Positions 62,750 through 64,000 of a DNA stretch of 64,000 nucleotides are shown piece after piece. The translations under genes were made by a program, and so were the position numbers. The first letter of the stretch is position 1, and every line of letters starts with the position of its first letter. The notes beneath the pieces were generated by a model, which had not been told where the DNA came from, searched no databases, and saw only the letters and a list, made by a program, of their open reading frames with translations. Origin of the DNA: Octopus vulgaris (Eukaryota); NCBI GenBank assembly GCA_951406725.2, contig OX597831.1, forward strand, positions 42,842,001 to 42,906,000. Reading direction: 5' to 3'.

Positions 62750-64000
62750 ACACCCAGAACCTCGTTAATAGCTTCGGAGTGACATTTAGGATTTCTTAGT
62801 TTTCTGTGAATTGATTTTGATAAAATTTTTCCCACCTGGTTTGCACACTAAGACAACACCATTGTTACGTTTTCATTATTCTGCGTGTTGTTCTTTCTTT
62901 TTAATTTCAGATTCTTCAGTTTTTGGGTGAACCATGCTAATATCTTTTGAATGAAAATAGCCCATCTAGATATTTCTTTTTTTCAGAAAATGAAGGGTAA
63001 TGATACATATTAAGCATACATTGAGTAATATATTTAACAGAAAACCATAACAATAATATAACATTTATTGACATAATGAATTATTTAGCCACATGAATGC
63101 CATTTCAACAGATAACTTCAAAAACTATTAGTTATGGAATCTGTCAATTTCTTAATAGTAGCAGGTCGGGCTGCCTCTGTTACAGCTTTGATGGTTGCCC
63201 ATAAGTCATCTTTTAATATAAATTGACATCCATCAGCATAAACATCTTGTTTAATGATGGACCAAAGATTTTTGATAGGGTTGAGATTCAGAGATGCTGG
63301 CGGCCACACCATCATCCTTTCCCCTTGTATGCTGTAAGACCCTAGGAATGTTTGGGTGGTCCTGGCAAAGTGGGAGGAAGCACTGTCATTCATGAATATG
63401 AGATTCCTTAGAAGTGTCAGCAGTATGTCATCTAGCCAGGGATCCAAGACCTCATTCAGGAGATTGCAATCACTGTAACCTCTTCAGGCACCCTGACTGG
63501 GCCAACAAGTCTGTCCCCAATGATACCAGCCTACAACATGACACCTCCACCCTGTTGTTGATGTCGTAAACGTTGGTGGAGCTCATCTCCAAAACAGACC
63601 CAACCATTTACCCAGCTGTCAGGTTCATCAAGGGTTGTCCTGATTTCGTCAGTGAACAGAACACAACTCCTGTCGAACGTCATGTAATTTTGGGCCCATT
63701 GAAGCCTCAAACTCCAGTGAGGAGGCAGTTTCAGGGGTTCTCACACGGAAGCCATGATCCCAAGGATGCGATTTCTGGTGGTTTTTGGTACTTGAGGAAG
63801 TCCAGAGGTGGTGAAAATGGCTTTGCTTCTTTGTCCAAGTTTCCCACGTAACTTGCTGCCAATATTCCTTAAATCTCTATCTACCACAGTCTTGGAGGTC
63901 CCACAATTGTATCATTTCTTCCTTGACACTCAAATAGCTAAATATTCATTATGTCAATAAATGTTATAATATTATAGTTTTCTTTTAAATATATACTCAA
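62750..64000 (-). mobile_element. Tc1-superfamily transposon of TRT/DD37E type with long TIRs (decayed, runs off window)
   Basis: LFTDEIRTTLDEPDSWVNGW, HQQQGGGVML, IFMNDSASSH-(37 aa)-NPI[K]NLWSIIKQDVY. 63021-63089 is the inverted counterpart of 63936-64000. Confidence 0.85.

Overview
Eukaryotic, AT-rich, repeat-dense genomic DNA. The dominant tRNA-derived SINE families look like those of Octopus (inference from sequence recall, not a database search). One convincing host gene is present, a minus-strand BTB/POZ-BACK protein (BTBD17-like). It has a low-complexity first coding exon (~59067-59564) and one large 3' exon (45561-46814), joined in phase 0 across a ~12.3 kb intron. The rest is decayed mobile DNA: mariner, two maT (DD37D) copies, a TRT-like DD37E Tc1, a Tigger/pogo, CR1-, R4/Dong- and RTE-type LINE remnants, hAT, piggyBac and 8-bp-TSD MITEs, HINE-like elements, dozens of SINEs and microsatellites. 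Four observations stand out. (1) Inverted-repeat elements carry type I hammerhead ribozyme cores of the Penelope-like/retrozyme kind: a near-perfect 130-bp palindrome in the BTB intron, and a decayed cluster whose three copies give a well-paired consensus ribozyme. (2) A 4.7-kb CpG-rich, A-tract satellite with 32-bp repeat islands sits inside the end of the Tigger element between 53-bp direct repeats. (3) Two unrelated-looking foldback MITEs share GG..CC ends, 8-bp TSDs and telomere-like loops. (4) There is a 2-kb (CT)n tract whose interruption motifs change in an ordered way. Most short ORFs in the supplied track are spurious.
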